Assembly: GCA_048885865.1 (NCBI GenBank)
Contig: JBHLLF010000003.1
Coordinates: 64,001-128,000, forward strand
Origin: Candidatus Hermodarchaeota archaeon
Lineage (GTDB): Archaea > Asgardarchaeota > Thorarchaeia > Thorarchaeales > Thorarchaeaceae
Direction of reading: 5' to 3'
DNA: 64,000 nt
Under the pieces are notes generated by a model, which was given only the letters and a program-made list of their open reading frames with translations, was not told the origin of the DNA and searched no databases. Positions 29,112 to 39,562 of the stretch are shown here, piece by piece. The position numbers were made by a program, and so were the translations under genes. How positions within the stretch are numbered: position 1 is the first letter of the stretch; every line of letters begins with the position of its first letter.

Positions 29112-30347
29112 TCACCCTTTGGGTAGTCTCTGCGCAATGAAGACTGTAAGGTCGTCCACTTCCACTGAGCTACCGCTCTTGAACAAGTTTGACTCGATTT
29201 GTGCAGTGCATAGAGGACATGGTGTCACTAGTCGCTCAGCTCCAGTCTTATCAATCGCAGATAGGTTCTCTTGGACAACTGATTCTGCAACATCCTTTGA
29301 ATGATATGCAACCATGCCTCCTCCTCCACAACACGAGTCTTCAGCCTCTGAAATGACAACTCTGACTCCCCCTATTGTTCGCAAGATTTCGATTGCATCC
29401 AGCATTGTTCGACGAGAGGTATGTCTTATGAGATGACAAGGATCATGCACAGTAACTGTTACCTCACTGAATTCCTTGGAGGAACCAAGGGCTTCTTTCA
29501 GTCTGTCCAGACCAACCTCTTCAGATAGATACTCAACCATGTGATAGATAGGGATATTCCACTTGTCGCGCAAGCTGACATCTGATAGATTGGATATACA
29601 ACCAGCACATGTTGTGACAACCTTCTTGACTCCAAGCTCATCGATTTTCTTTTTCAGCAAAACCGCCAACTGTCTGGAAGTTTCAGCATCACCCATGAGG
29701 GCAGATGGTAATCCACAACAGCTCATATCATCAAGTAGAGTATAGTCTACACCAAAATAGCTGAGGACTGCTTTTGCAGCCTCACGGATTTCTTGGGCCC
29801 GTTCTTCCGCTTGACAACCAGGATAGAACAAGACTTCAGCATCCTTCTTGGTTACATCTTCAATATATGGGATGCCTAGGCGTTCAAGCCGTACATCGCG
29901 ACTTTCAGCTTTCTCTTCAGGATCCTCCCAGGGCTCAAATGCTAGGTTATGCTCCATAATGATTTCCCGAACTATATGAAGACCCTTTGGAACAAGGTCA
30001 GGACGATGCTCAAAGATGCGCGCTCGAACAAGATTAACTACTTCAGGAATATCGACATTTTTCGGACAGACTTCTCTGCATGTCCCACAGCCAGTACAGA
30101 GGTAGACCTTGTCTCCAGTTGACCAGAACTCAGGAGGAGAACGGCTGAGTTCAACAGCAATGCTCCTGGGTCCTGAAAAACGGTCTACTCCAACTGCTGC
30201 TACAACGGGACAATGATTGATGCAGAGACCACAGTTGATGCATTCCTCAACAGAATGAATGGTTTCAATCTCGTTCTTCTGATATGGGGTGATTCGTTCC
30301 TCCTTCAGGGTATTCTTAGCAAATTCAAAGGCCTCTTCTTCAGTCAT
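29112..30347 (-). CDS. glpC: Anaerobic glycerol-3-phosphate dehydrogenase Fe-S subunit C-like
   Basis: Two 4Fe-4S motifs (CINCGLCINHCP, CTGCGTCREVCP) + CCG domains; follows glpAB. Confidence 0.8.
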   Translation of the reverse strand: MTEEEAFEFAKNTLKEERITPYQKNEIETIHSVEECINCGLCINHCPVVAAVGVDRFSGPRSIAVELSRSPPEFWSTGDKVYLCTGCGTCREVCPKNVDIPEVVNLVRARIFEHRPDLVPKGLHIVREIIMEHNLAFEPWEDPEEKAESRDVRLERLGIPYIEDVTKKDAEVLFYPGCQAEERAQEIREAAKAVLSYFGVDYTLLDDMSCCGLPSALMGDAETSRQLAVLLKKKIDELGVKKVVTTCAGCISNLSDVSLRDKWNIPIYHMVEYLSEEVGLDRLKEALGSSKEFSEVTVTVHDPCHLIRHTSRRTMLDAIEILRTIGGVRVVISEAEDSCCGGGGMVAYHSKDVAESVVQENLSAIDKTGAERLVTPCPLCTAQIESNLFKSGSSVEVDDLTVFIAQRLPKG

Positions 30348-31745
30348 TTAGCCCACCTCCTTTGCCAATTCAGCCGCGACCTGACCTGCAGCAAAGCCAG
30401 TACTGAGAGCAACCCCCAATCCACTCTTCTCCAATGAGTAGTTATACTTGGCCAAAATTGATCCGGCGCAGAATAGATTCTTTGCTCTTTCAACACCATT
30501 AGCATCGATAGGTCGAAAGTCCGTATCTACAGCAAGACCAGAACCAAATACTGCATGTCCATCTGGACTAAGCGAAAAAATGTTAGTATGGTAGGCGGGA
30601 CGCACATCCTCAGCAGGATGCAGACTGGCAGTCACAGGCAGGAGATCGAAAACGGTTTCTCTGATTCCATTCTCATCAGCTTCTAATCCGCCCCCAATAA
30701 ACTTCCCAGTTGCTAGGACAACTGCCTTCGGGGAGATGGTGATTTCCCGACGTGGACTTCTGGCAACAACGCTCTCCACCAATTCATTCTTGACGGTTGC
30801 AGAAACCGCTTGATGCCCAATTAGAAGAGAACCCCCAGCATTTCTGAATGCTCTATCCATTGCTCTTTGTAACCGAAGACCTGGAACAGAGGGAGGTAGA
30901 GCTAGTAGTTCAAATACCTCCACATCGAGTTCATTTTGTAGACGAGACTGATTCCGTGATGCGTTTTCAATTCCCAAGATAGGGGGAAGTGCAATATGGG
31001 TGGCTCCCAGTTGGTCCACATGCGGCTTTAGGGCAGAGGCTAGACTCATTATGGACTCCTCGTGGTCGAAATGTCTAGCGAGTTCAATGGATGAGATATT
31101 GTATGGCTTTCCAAATGGAGTGATTTCCGAAATGCAGTGCCCGACTTTGTGGGGCGGCTCACCGGTCCGCAGCTGGTTCTCGAGATATGCTCTGGTGGCT
31201 GAGAGTGCATTGAAATCCGCGTGCCCACGAAAGCCAGCGAAGATAAGCACGTTATCAGCGTTTGAATTCAGAGTTTCAGACCACATTGTTTCTTGAATCA
31301 GACATGTTGGCTTGGTAGTTCCAAGCACAGATATTGGAAATATATTCCGTTCGAAATCTCCAATAAGAGCGGCGCAAGAACCAGCCAGTCGCTCCTTTAG
31401 CCATGAAATGGCCCCCTTCAAATGACCAATGACAGTTTCCAGGTTTTTACCCTCGTCATCCTGAAATCCAATGATACCATAGGGATGAAAGGGAAACAGG
31501 CTCAATATTGCATCAAGCCCTTGAGAGGGATTCTTGAATGGAACCTCCTTATCTGGAAGATACTCCTTGAGGGCAAGTCCTTCGGGGGGGTATCCAATGA
31601 TGTCTATGGCACCAGATGAATATGCAGTGGCACTCTGACCAGTTCTTAAGACCAAGGTCTCTAGACCATTCTCTGACGCAACTGTGCCTGCTACAAGGCC
31701 AGCCATTCCACCACCGATGACTAAGACATCCGGATTGGTGTTCAA
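30348..31745 (-). CDS. glpB: Anaerobic glycerol-3-phosphate dehydrogenase subunit B
   Basis: GGGMAG, SSGAID, PPSVPGLRL, LATGKFIGGGL, NLFCAGSIL, SGLGVA. Confidence 0.9.
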   Translation of the reverse strand: MNTNPDVLVIGGGMAGLVAGTVASENGLETLVLRTGQSATAYSSGAIDIIGYPPEGLALKEYLPDKEVPFKNPSQGLDAILSLFPFHPYGIIGFQDDEGKNLETVIGHLKGAISWLKERLAGSCAALIGDFERNIFPISVLGTTKPTCLIQETMWSETLNSNADNVLIFAGFRGHADFNALSATRAYLENQLRTGEPPHKVGHCISEITPFGKPYNISSIELARHFDHEESIMSLASALKPHVDQLGATHIALPPILGIENASRNQSRLQNELDVEVFELLALPPSVPGLRLQRAMDRAFRNAGGSLLIGHQAVSATVKNELVESVVARSPRREITISPKAVVLATGKFIGGGLEADENGIRETVFDLLPVTASLHPAEDVRPAYHTNIFSLSPDGHAVFGSGLAVDTDFRPIDANGVERAKNLFCAGSILAKYNYSLEKSGLGVALSTGFAAGQVAAELAKEVG

Positions 31746-33416
31746 CTAGCCAACCTCCTCCCAGGGTTTGGGGTCGTATTCAACATCAATTTGGTCAAGA
31801 TTGCCGACGCAAGCATAGAGACCTTGCGCCACTTCTTCTTGGGCTAATTGGGTGCCTCTCATTGGAGGTCTAATCCCTTTCCAACGCTCAGCACGGAAGT
31901 CCATAATATCAACAAGATAATCTGCACCGACCAAATCGAGTTCGTCGGCAAGGATTGCTGCAGCTTTGTATGTGCAGAAGGTACCCTGACACGGGCCAGT
32001 TCCTAGACGCACACGTCGCCTCAAATCGTTCAATGTCTGAGGGAATTCATTCCTCATTGAGTATCGAATCTCAGCCTCAATAACAGGTTCGCAAGTGCAA
32101 ATTGTGGTTCTCCATTCAGGACGCTCCTTTACGAGCTCGAGGATCTCAAGCATCTGTGTTCCTCGGCGAGCCCTCATGCGCTCCAGTGCGTGTTGAGAGA
32201 TGTCATAGTCATTTGCGAGGGAGAGAACATCCACATCAGACTCCATTCCCGGAAGTGGTAGCTTATGAGTAGTGCATTTTGCTTTGAAACCAATTTTCTG
32301 ACAGACGATATCTGTGGCTGCTTCGGCCATATGCCGACACATAACAAGTTTCCCACCTGTGAAACTTACCAGGCCTGAAACGCCCTCAGATTCATGATCA
32401 ATTACTTCATAGCCTCTTGTCACTTTGCCTTCTGGGACTTTCCATGTGGGCACTAGAGGCCTGACACCCTCCATTGTACGGATTATTCGAGCTTCTCTAA
32501 TTGAGGGAATGACCCATTCCATGCTCTTCAGAAGGTATTCGATTTCGTCATGAGTTGCGACGAGTGTGTCAGGGTCATCCCAAGTATCTAGGGCAGTTGT
32601 CCCGAGTAGAGTAGTATTCTCATGTGGGAACAAATAGATCATACGACCATCTACTGCTTTGGCGATTATCCCAACGTTAACGACACGCCTATCCAAGATT
32701 ACGTGAGCGCCCTTGTTCAGACGTAGGTCAAGCTTCGCTCCTGCTAGTGCTGCAATCTTGTGAGCCCAAGGACCACCAGCGTTAATTATCGTCTGAGTGC
32801 TTGCACTTTCGATCTCTCCAGTGATACGATTGTAGAATGTCACACTCTCGACTGAGCCATCACGCGTTGTGATATCTACAACTTCACAGTAAGTCCTTAT
32901 TGTGGCACCCTTCTCTCGTGCATCTAGTGCTTGAAGAAGACACAATCTGAATGGGTCAATGAAATACTCCTCGAAGTACATGCTTGCAATTAAATTCGTA
33001 TTTAGAAGTGGCTCAATCTCAAGGGCATCTTCTGGCTCAAGAAAGAGGACCGGAGGCACATCTCTGGACTCAGCTCGCTTAGAGTATTCAGCTGCAAAGT
33101 TACCTCCTGTCGACAAGTCGCTCATCTCGAGAATAGGAGTCAGAATTGGGTTCTTCATGATGATATGATGAGCAATGCGATTGAGATGGACGACCTCCTC
33201 AGAGCACATGTCAACTATTTCAGGCTCATCCATGTACTTGAGACCCGAGGATATCATTCCTGCACAAGTTCCCACTGTAGCTGAAGCAATGTCATCACGT
33301 TCAAGGAGCAGGGTCTTGAGGCCTCTTAGAGCACAATCTCTAGCTACTGCTGTACCGGTGCTGCCTCCACCAATCACAACCACATCAAAGTCTGAATCAT
33401 TCATAGCGCTCATCAC
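31746..33416 (-). CDS. glpA: Anaerobic glycerol-3-phosphate dehydrogenase subunit A
   Basis: IGGGSTG..ARDCALRG, GVRPL, GGKL, C-terminal BFD-like CTCE...RVRLGTGPCQGTFC. Confidence 0.9.
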   Translation of the reverse strand: MMSAMNDSDFDVVVIGGGSTGTAVARDCALRGLKTLLLERDDIASATVGTCAGMISSGLKYMDEPEIVDMCSEEVVHLNRIAHHIIMKNPILTPILEMSDLSTGGNFAAEYSKRAESRDVPPVLFLEPEDALEIEPLLNTNLIASMYFEEYFIDPFRLCLLQALDAREKGATIRTYCEVVDITTRDGSVESVTFYNRITGEIESASTQTIINAGGPWAHKIAALAGAKLDLRLNKGAHVILDRRVVNVGIIAKAVDGRMIYLFPHENTTLLGTTALDTWDDPDTLVATHDEIEYLLKSMEWVIPSIREARIIRTMEGVRPLVPTWKVPEGKVTRGYEVIDHESEGVSGLVSFTGGKLVMCRHMAEAATDIVCQKIGFKAKCTTHKLPLPGMESDVDVLSLANDYDISQHALERMRARRGTQMLEILELVKERPEWRTTICTCEPVIEAEIRYSMRNEFPQTLNDLRRRVRLGTGPCQGTFCTYKAAAILADELDLVGADYLVDIMDFRAERWKGIRPPMRGTQLAQEEVAQGLYACVGNLDQIDVEYDPKPWEEVG

Positions 33417-33458
33417 CAGTGTGGGATTTTGGTTGCATGTCCATTAAGATCTCAGCCT

Positions 33459-34895
33459 TCAATAGTGTGCGAGTAGGGTAGAAATCTCTGCTAGAATAAG
33501 CTTGTTGAATACCTCAAATCGCTTTTCATAGACTTCAATATTCTCAGGAACAGGCTCTCTTTTCTCTTCAACATGAAACATGTTGTCAAAGGCCTCATCG
33601 AATGAGCCGTACACTCCAGAACCTACGGCTGCGATCATTGCGGCGCCAATAACTGTGGAGTCTCGGGCACGTGGCAAAACCACCGTCTTACCAGTACAGT
33701 CAGCTATAATCTGCCGCCAAAGAGGAGAGTTCGCTCCGCCACCATCGATTCTGAGCTCGCTATAATTCTGGTCGAGCATGACCTCCATCGTCTGGGCATA
33801 GAACTGGATACCATATCCATTGCCCTCCATTATAGCTCGAGCGAAATGAGCCTTGGTGTGGTTAAAGCCCAAATTGTAGACGATGCCCTTAGTGAATGCC
33901 ATGAAGGGGAAGAATACAAGCCCATCACTACCCGGTGACACATTCTTTGCTGAGGATTCCATCAATTCGAAGAGGTCATTGTTGCTCTTCGAATCATAGA
34001 ATTGGTCACGATACCATTTGAACGCCCATCCGGTCCCAGGAAGGACTCCTTCTAATATCCAAGTCCCTTCAATTGCGCCAGGATTGCTATACATCACGTA
34101 GGGATCTTCAACATATTCGTCTGTGTGAACCGTGACAAAGGTGCCAGTTCCAGTGGTTGCTTTCATAAGTCCTGATTTTGTGATGCCTGTGCCTAGGGCA
34201 GAACACTGCTGGTCACCTGATCCCATGATGACAGGAGTTCCTTTGCGTAGGCCAGTTGCCTTGGCAGAGTTTCCAGTTATCTCTCCAATCGGAACACCGG
34301 GTTTCACGATTTCAGCGTACTTGTCAGCGGAAATGCCTGTTTCTTCGCAAATCTCATCCGAGAGAGTCATGGTTGAGTGGTCAATCGGACCGTATCGTGC
34401 GTTTGATGGATCTGCAACCATTGCACCACATAATCTATTGTTTAGAAACGCATCCAAGGTAACGAATTTGTGAGCAGAATGAAACAACTTCTTCTTGTTC
34501 TCAGATAGCCACAGAATCTTCCTGAGACCTCGCCTAGGCCCTATCAGCTCTGCGAGTTCATCCCTTTTCTTACTTAGGCGATTGTCCGTCCAAAGGATAG
34601 TAGGTCCAAGTGGATCTCCATCCTTATCCACAGGTGTGAAGCAATCACGAGTTGTCGTCACGACGACACCCTCTACGGATTCAGCTCCAGGCTCATAGCC
34701 AGATATGGCCCGCTGCATAGTTGTGCAAGCCGCTCTCCAAAAGGTGTCAGCCAGCTGCTCATGCGTTGCTAGCTCCTTTGGGGTCGGTGGATATTCCTCA
34801 TAGGCTTTGCTCAGTTCGCGGCCTTCCTCATCCACAAGAACTGACCGCGTACCAGTTGTGCCGACATCGAATACTGCAAAGACTCGCTGACTCAT
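33459..34895 (-). CDS. FGGY family carbohydrate kinase (glycerol kinase-like by context)
   Basis: DVGTTGTR, WTDNR, GSGDQQC, TTGTG, RAIMEG, DGGGANS. Confidence 0.85.
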   Translation of the reverse strand: MSQRVFAVFDVGTTGTRSVLVDEEGRELSKAYEEYPPTPKELATHEQLADTFWRAACTTMQRAISGYEPGAESVEGVVVTTTRDCFTPVDKDGDPLGPTILWTDNRLSKKRDELAELIGPRRGLRKILWLSENKKKLFHSAHKFVTLDAFLNNRLCGAMVADPSNARYGPIDHSTMTLSDEICEETGISADKYAEIVKPGVPIGEITGNSAKATGLRKGTPVIMGSGDQQCSALGTGITKSGLMKATTGTGTFVTVHTDEYVEDPYVMYSNPGAIEGTWILEGVLPGTGWAFKWYRDQFYDSKSNNDLFELMESSAKNVSPGSDGLVFFPFMAFTKGIVYNLGFNHTKAHFARAIMEGNGYGIQFYAQTMEVMLDQNYSELRIDGGGANSPLWRQIIADCTGKTVVLPRARDSTVIGAAMIAAVGSGVYGSFDEAFDNMFHVEEKREPVPENIEVYEKRFEVFNKLILAEISTLLAHY

Positions 34896-34979
34896 TTTTT
34901 TCACCGGTGATTTATAGGGAAGTAGTTTAGGCGGCAATGCTCAATATGAATCGTCCGACAGTGAGAGTTATCAGACTGA

Positions 34980-35933
34980 ATGCCGCTTGAGGCGTTAATG
35001 TCAGAAAATGTGCCCTCTATAGAAGTCGAGCCACGTGTTCATCTTGTACGAGGTCTGAATAAGGCACGCTTTCCTGAGGCAAACTCACTCCTGATTGATG
35101 ACGAGATATTGACACTAGTTGACGCTGGTTCTGACTTGGGCGAGGTCAGCGAGGCTCTGAAGAACCTTGGACATAGATTGGAAGATGTTGAAAGGCTAAT
35201 TCTCACTCATTTTCATCTAGACCACAAGCACCATGCCGAGGAGATTCACAAGATAGCAGGCTGTGAGGTAATCTGTCATCCATTATCCGACAAAGGAGTT
35301 GAAACATTCCTGGGGATGGCTGAATACTATGGGATTCTACATCATCATTTATTCGAAACCTGGAAAGTCATGATAAAGGGATGGATTCCCCCTATATATG
35401 GAAACTACACCGTCACTGGACACTACGATGATATGAAGACCATATCATGTGGCGAGGTTGACCTCATCCCAATTCATCTTCCAGGACATACATTAGACCA
35501 TACCTGCTTCGGTATCAATGGCTTTGAAACCATCTTCCTAGTGGATATCGACCTCACTGGCTTTGGTCCTTGGTATGGCAACAAAGTAAGTGACATCCGA
35601 GACTTTCAGGACTCCATTGAAAGGGTGATACAACTCGAGCCCAAGGTGGGTATAAGCAGCCATCTTCAGGATGTAGTGACTGATGATCTCTCTAGCCGTC
35701 TTGAACAATTTGCGGATTCATTTGAGAGGCGAGAAGAAAAGATTCTGAAGAACATCCATGATGGATACGATACCCTAGAAAAACTCGTGCAATTGCCTAC
35801 TATATACCCCCGAATACCGGAAGTAATTTTCGAAATCTTTGAGGAGTTCATGGTTCAAAAACATCTTGAGATCCTTGTTGAAGATGCAAAGATTGTCCAA
35901 GATGGTAGCCGGTACAGGATAGAAAGAAGATAG
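34980..35933 (+). CDS. MBL-fold metallo-hydrolase
   Basis: VDAG, THFHLDH, PGHT, SH. Confidence 0.88.
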   Translation: MPLEALMSENVPSIEVEPRVHLVRGLNKARFPEANSLLIDDEILTLVDAGSDLGEVSEALKNLGHRLEDVERLILTHFHLDHKHHAEEIHKIAGCEVICHPLSDKGVETFLGMAEYYGILHHHLFETWKVMIKGWIPPIYGNYTVTGHYDDMKTISCGEVDLIPIHLPGHTLDHTCFGINGFETIFLVDIDLTGFGPWYGNKVSDIRDFQDSIERVIQLEPKVGISSHLQDVVTDDLSSRLEQFADSFERREEKILKNIHDGYDTLEKLVQLPTIYPRIPEVIFEIFEEFMVQKHLEILVEDAKIVQDGSRYRIERR

Positions 35934-35951
35934 CGGGAATGACTCCCGCTA
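35931..35951. terminator. Hairpin between convergent genes
   Basis: TAGCGGGA-ATGAC-TCCCGCTA. Confidence 0.55.
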
Positions 35952-35953
35952 AA

Positions 35954-36736
35954 CTACTTGTGTTTGAAAACAGGTTCTCGTTTATTGAGAAAGGCATCAA
36001 CTCCTTCCTCTTTGTCTTTAGTATCGAATGTCTGACAAAAAACATCAATTTCGTAGGATAGGTTATCCTTCAAGCTCATTTCCCAAGCATTGTTCAAAGA
36101 CTGCTTGGCAAGCTTGATGGCGACTCCTGGTTTCTTGGCAAGAGTCTTGGCAAGCTCCATCGCACCATTTCGGAGCTCTTCTACGGTTTCGAACACCTTG
36201 TTCACCAGTCCAATTCGTAGCGCTTCATCTGCCTTTATTGGATTTCCACTAAGAACAAGTTCCTTGGCGATACCCAATCCCACCAAGCGTGGTAGACGAA
36301 CAGTACCACCATACCCTGGAATGATTCCAAGATTGATTTCAGGTTGGCCAAATCTAGCATTTGCTGAAGCATAGCGTATGTCACATGCCATGGCAAACTC
36401 GCAGCCTCCACCAAGTGCATAACCATTGACTGCAGCGATGGTTGGAATGCTCAAAGCCTCTATGTAGTTGGCAACAGCCTGACCCTTCTCAACGAAAGGC
36501 CTCACTGTCTTTGAGTCACGCCCGGGGAAAGCAGTAATGTCTGCTCCCGCAGCAAATGCCTTTTCACCCATGCCAGTGAGAATTACTGCCCTCACCTCGG
36601 GATCTTCCTCAGCTTTCTGGAAGAAGCTGTGCATCGCGTTAGCAACATCAACGTTTAGTGCATTGTATTTTTCAGGGCGATTGATTGTGATTATAGCCAC
36701 ACCATCTTCAACTTCGTACAGAACTTCATCAGCCAT
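35954..36736 (-). CDS. Enoyl-CoA hydratase/crotonase
   Basis: AFAAGADI, ALGGGCE, GQPEINLGIIPGYGGT. Confidence 0.92.
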   Translation of the reverse strand: MADEVLYEVEDGVAIITINRPEKYNALNVDVANAMHSFFQKAEEDPEVRAVILTGMGEKAFAAGADITAFPGRDSKTVRPFVEKGQAVANYIEALSIPTIAAVNGYALGGGCEFAMACDIRYASANARFGQPEINLGIIPGYGGTVRLPRLVGLGIAKELVLSGNPIKADEALRIGLVNKVFETVEELRNGAMELAKTLAKKPGVAIKLAKQSLNNAWEMSLKDNLSYEIDVFCQTFDTKDKEEGVDAFLNKREPVFKHK

Positions 36737-36854
36737 TTCTAACTCCTCCTTGAGAATGATTTGAGAAGCCCACTAGGCAAGTAATAAGCGTTGGCAAATG
36801 GGGGACATCTGACTGAACACATTTATTGAATAGTCATACTCCTTTCATTTGTCT

Positions 36855-38225
36855 ATGTCCGATTTTCAAGTTAAACCAATCCTTCTCTATGGGATTTATG
36901 AGAAGAAGGTACAGACTAGTTGGAGACCGTGGGGTTGGATTCAATCCGAAGCTGATGCAGATAGTGAGATTGAGAGAATCAAGAAAGAATTACAGGCCTT
37001 ACAGAATGAGGCTGAGTTCTCAATGCGTATTCAACCTGTAGCAAAGACCAAAGCTGCCGAAGATATGGAGAAGTTAGACATCAATGCAGACGCAATTCTG
37101 CTATACGCAGCCGGAGTGCAAGAAATTGACTCAATTGAGCCATTGGAACAGTTATTGTCGTATGATATTCCAATAATCTTCTTCCTTAGGAAAGACTATC
37201 TCTGGTATGAGATAATTCATCCACGTTTCCTAAGAAGAAGTGTATCTGATGAGATACTTCAACCTGTAATTGTAGAGGATATTGTAGTTGAAGATTACAC
37301 TGAACTTCTACAAAAATTGAGGTCTCTAGCAGGCCTGAAATCTGCAGTTGGTGCAAAAGTCATCTCGATAGGGAAACCTGGAGGGTGGGGCATTGGTGAG
37401 GAGGCAGTGCAGCAGGCAAGAAAGACATGGAAATTTCGAATAGAAGCAATCACCTATCAGGAGTTAACGGATAGAATCGAGGCATTGAATGTAGACACTA
37501 AGGCGGTTGAAAGGGCCCGAAAAGATGCGGAGGATTATTTGTCACAAAAGGAAGTAGCGCTTAAAACAGATAGGAGATTCGTGGTCAATGCATTTCTACT
37601 TGAACGCGTTTTCAAAGAGATAATGAAGGAAGAAGACGCACACATTCTTACAGTTGCAGAATGCATGTCAATCATTATGCCAATATCTGAAACAACTGCT
37701 TGCTTGCCCATCTGTTTGCTCAATGATTCTGGATACTTGGCATTCTGCGAGTCAGACTTTGTCGCTATTCCGGCAGGAATTCTATTGCACTTCATTTCAG
37801 GCAAGCCTGTTTTCTTCGCTGATCCAACCCTACCTCATAAAGGCCAAGTCACTGTTGCACACTGCACCGCACCTCGTAGAATGGATGGCTCAAACCTTGA
37901 AAGAGTTGAAATCCTCACTCACTTCGAATCTGACTATGGGGCAGCACCGCAAGTGAAAATGAAGCAAGGGCAAGTGGTCACTATAATCAATCCTTCGTTT
38001 AGCGGAAACGAGTGGATTGGATTCAGAGGAAGAATAAGAGACAATCCCACTCTTCAAATCTGCCGCACGCAGCTAGACATAGAGATTGAGGGTGATTGGG
38101 AGAAATTGCTGCACGAAATGAAAGGATTTCATTGGCTAGTCGTCTATGGTGATTATTTGAACGAAATTGAGTATGCTTTGAAGAAAGTGAATGTCAATTG
38201 GACCAATCTCTCCAAGAGTCACTAA
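36855..38225 (+). CDS. L-fucose/L-arabinose isomerase-like protein
   Basis: TTACL, AFCESD, VAHCTAP, THFESDYGAA, CRTQ, GFHWLVVYGDY. Confidence 0.75.
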   Translation: MSDFQVKPILLYGIYEKKVQTSWRPWGWIQSEADADSEIERIKKELQALQNEAEFSMRIQPVAKTKAAEDMEKLDINADAILLYAAGVQEIDSIEPLEQLLSYDIPIIFFLRKDYLWYEIIHPRFLRRSVSDEILQPVIVEDIVVEDYTELLQKLRSLAGLKSAVGAKVISIGKPGGWGIGEEAVQQARKTWKFRIEAITYQELTDRIEALNVDTKAVERARKDAEDYLSQKEVALKTDRRFVVNAFLLERVFKEIMKEEDAHILTVAECMSIIMPISETTACLPICLLNDSGYLAFCESDFVAIPAGILLHFISGKPVFFADPTLPHKGQVTVAHCTAPRRMDGSNLERVEILTHFESDYGAAPQVKMKQGQVVTIINPSFSGNEWIGFRGRIRDNPTLQICRTQLDIEIEGDWEKLLHEMKGFHWLVVYGDYLNEIEYALKKVNVNWTNLSKSH

Positions 38226-38369
38226 TCCCTAGGAACGTCGATTTGCCAATTCAAACTGCATAACTCAAAAGGAGGCAGAAACTGCCGTAGATGTCCGAGC
38301 TAGGCAAATGCTGAATCATCCGGTTCTCTTTTTACGCCGAGATTCATAGAGCCATTGAGGCTGTATTGA

Positions 38370-39560
38370 ATGGATAGAAAATGGCGAATAGCATCTGAAG
38401 CAGAGATCCTCAGTGGCAAGACCACCGATATCTACTTTGAGAGAGCAGTTCAAATCCTCAAAGCGGAGGGTCTGAATCCAACCGTCCACGCAGAAGTTAC
38501 GGTGTCTGGAATGCCTAAGGAGTTCGGTTGGGGGATAGTTGCCGGCGTGAATGACTCGCTTGAGTTATTCGAAGGAAAAGAGGTTGACATCTTCGGATTG
38601 GAAGAGGGGACTTTCTTTAGGCCAAGAGATCCAAGCGGCGTGAAAACGCCGGTATTCGCAATAGAAGGCCCATACCAAGAGTTCGCCACTCTTGAAACCC
38701 CACTCCTTGGCTTTCTGTGTCATACCTCCGGAATGGCGACACAGACTGCTCATGTTCGAATCGCTGCTGGGGAGAAGAGCCTTCTTTCATTTGGAGCGAG
38801 GAGAACTCATCCAGCAATCACTCCTCAGGTCGAATATGCGGCATTCATTGGCGGATGTGATGGCATTTCATGCATTCTGGGAGCAGAATTGTTGGGAGTT
38901 GAACCTCAGGGAACAATGCCGCATGCACTCATAATTGCTGCAGGTGACCACATCAGAGCGTGGCAGGCTTACGATAGACATCTCTCAAAAGACATTCCAA
39001 GAATTGCTCTAACTGACACATATCTTGATGAAGTTGTAGAATCTGTGATGGCTGCAGATGCGATTGAAGACCTGGTAGGAGTCAGACTAGACACAACTAG
39101 CAGTAGAAGAGGAAACTTTGCACGAATCATTCAAGAGGTGCGGTGGGAGCTTGATATCCGAGGGCATGAAGATGTCAAGATATACATCAGTGGTGGACTT
39201 GATGTGGACTCAATTAAAGCGCTGCATGAAGCACCAGTTGATGGTTTTGGAGTTGGTGGCGCAATTTCGAATTCGCCTGCAATTGATTTCGCAATGGACA
39301 TCGTCATGAAGCAAGAGAATGGAGAATGGATTCCTAGTGCGAAACGTGGCAAGTTCTCAGGAAGAAAGTCTGTCTGGAGATGCACCTCATGCTTCAAGGA
39401 TCGAGTAACTCTCTCAGAGGCCACCTCACCGACCTGTGCCTGCGGCAATAAAATGGAGAGGCTGACCACCCAATTGATGGAAAAAGGAGAGATTCTGCAC
39501 CGAGCATTGAGTCCAAAAGCAATCAGAGATAATGTATTGAAACAGATAAAGAGGCTATAG
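38370..39560 (+). CDS. pncB: Nicotinate phosphoribosyltransferase (archaeal type)
   Basis: TTDIYF, SFGARR, GTMPH, VRLDT, SGG, GFGVG. Confidence 0.92.
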   Translation: MDRKWRIASEAEILSGKTTDIYFERAVQILKAEGLNPTVHAEVTVSGMPKEFGWGIVAGVNDSLELFEGKEVDIFGLEEGTFFRPRDPSGVKTPVFAIEGPYQEFATLETPLLGFLCHTSGMATQTAHVRIAAGEKSLLSFGARRTHPAITPQVEYAAFIGGCDGISCILGAELLGVEPQGTMPHALIIAAGDHIRAWQAYDRHLSKDIPRIALTDTYLDEVVESVMAADAIEDLVGVRLDTTSSRRGNFARIIQEVRWELDIRGHEDVKIYISGGLDVDSIKALHEAPVDGFGVGGAISNSPAIDFAMDIVMKQENGEWIPSAKRGKFSGRKSVWRCTSCFKDRVTLSEATSPTCACGNKMERLTTQLMEKGEILHRALSPKAIRDNVLKQIKRL

Positions 39561-39562
39561 AG

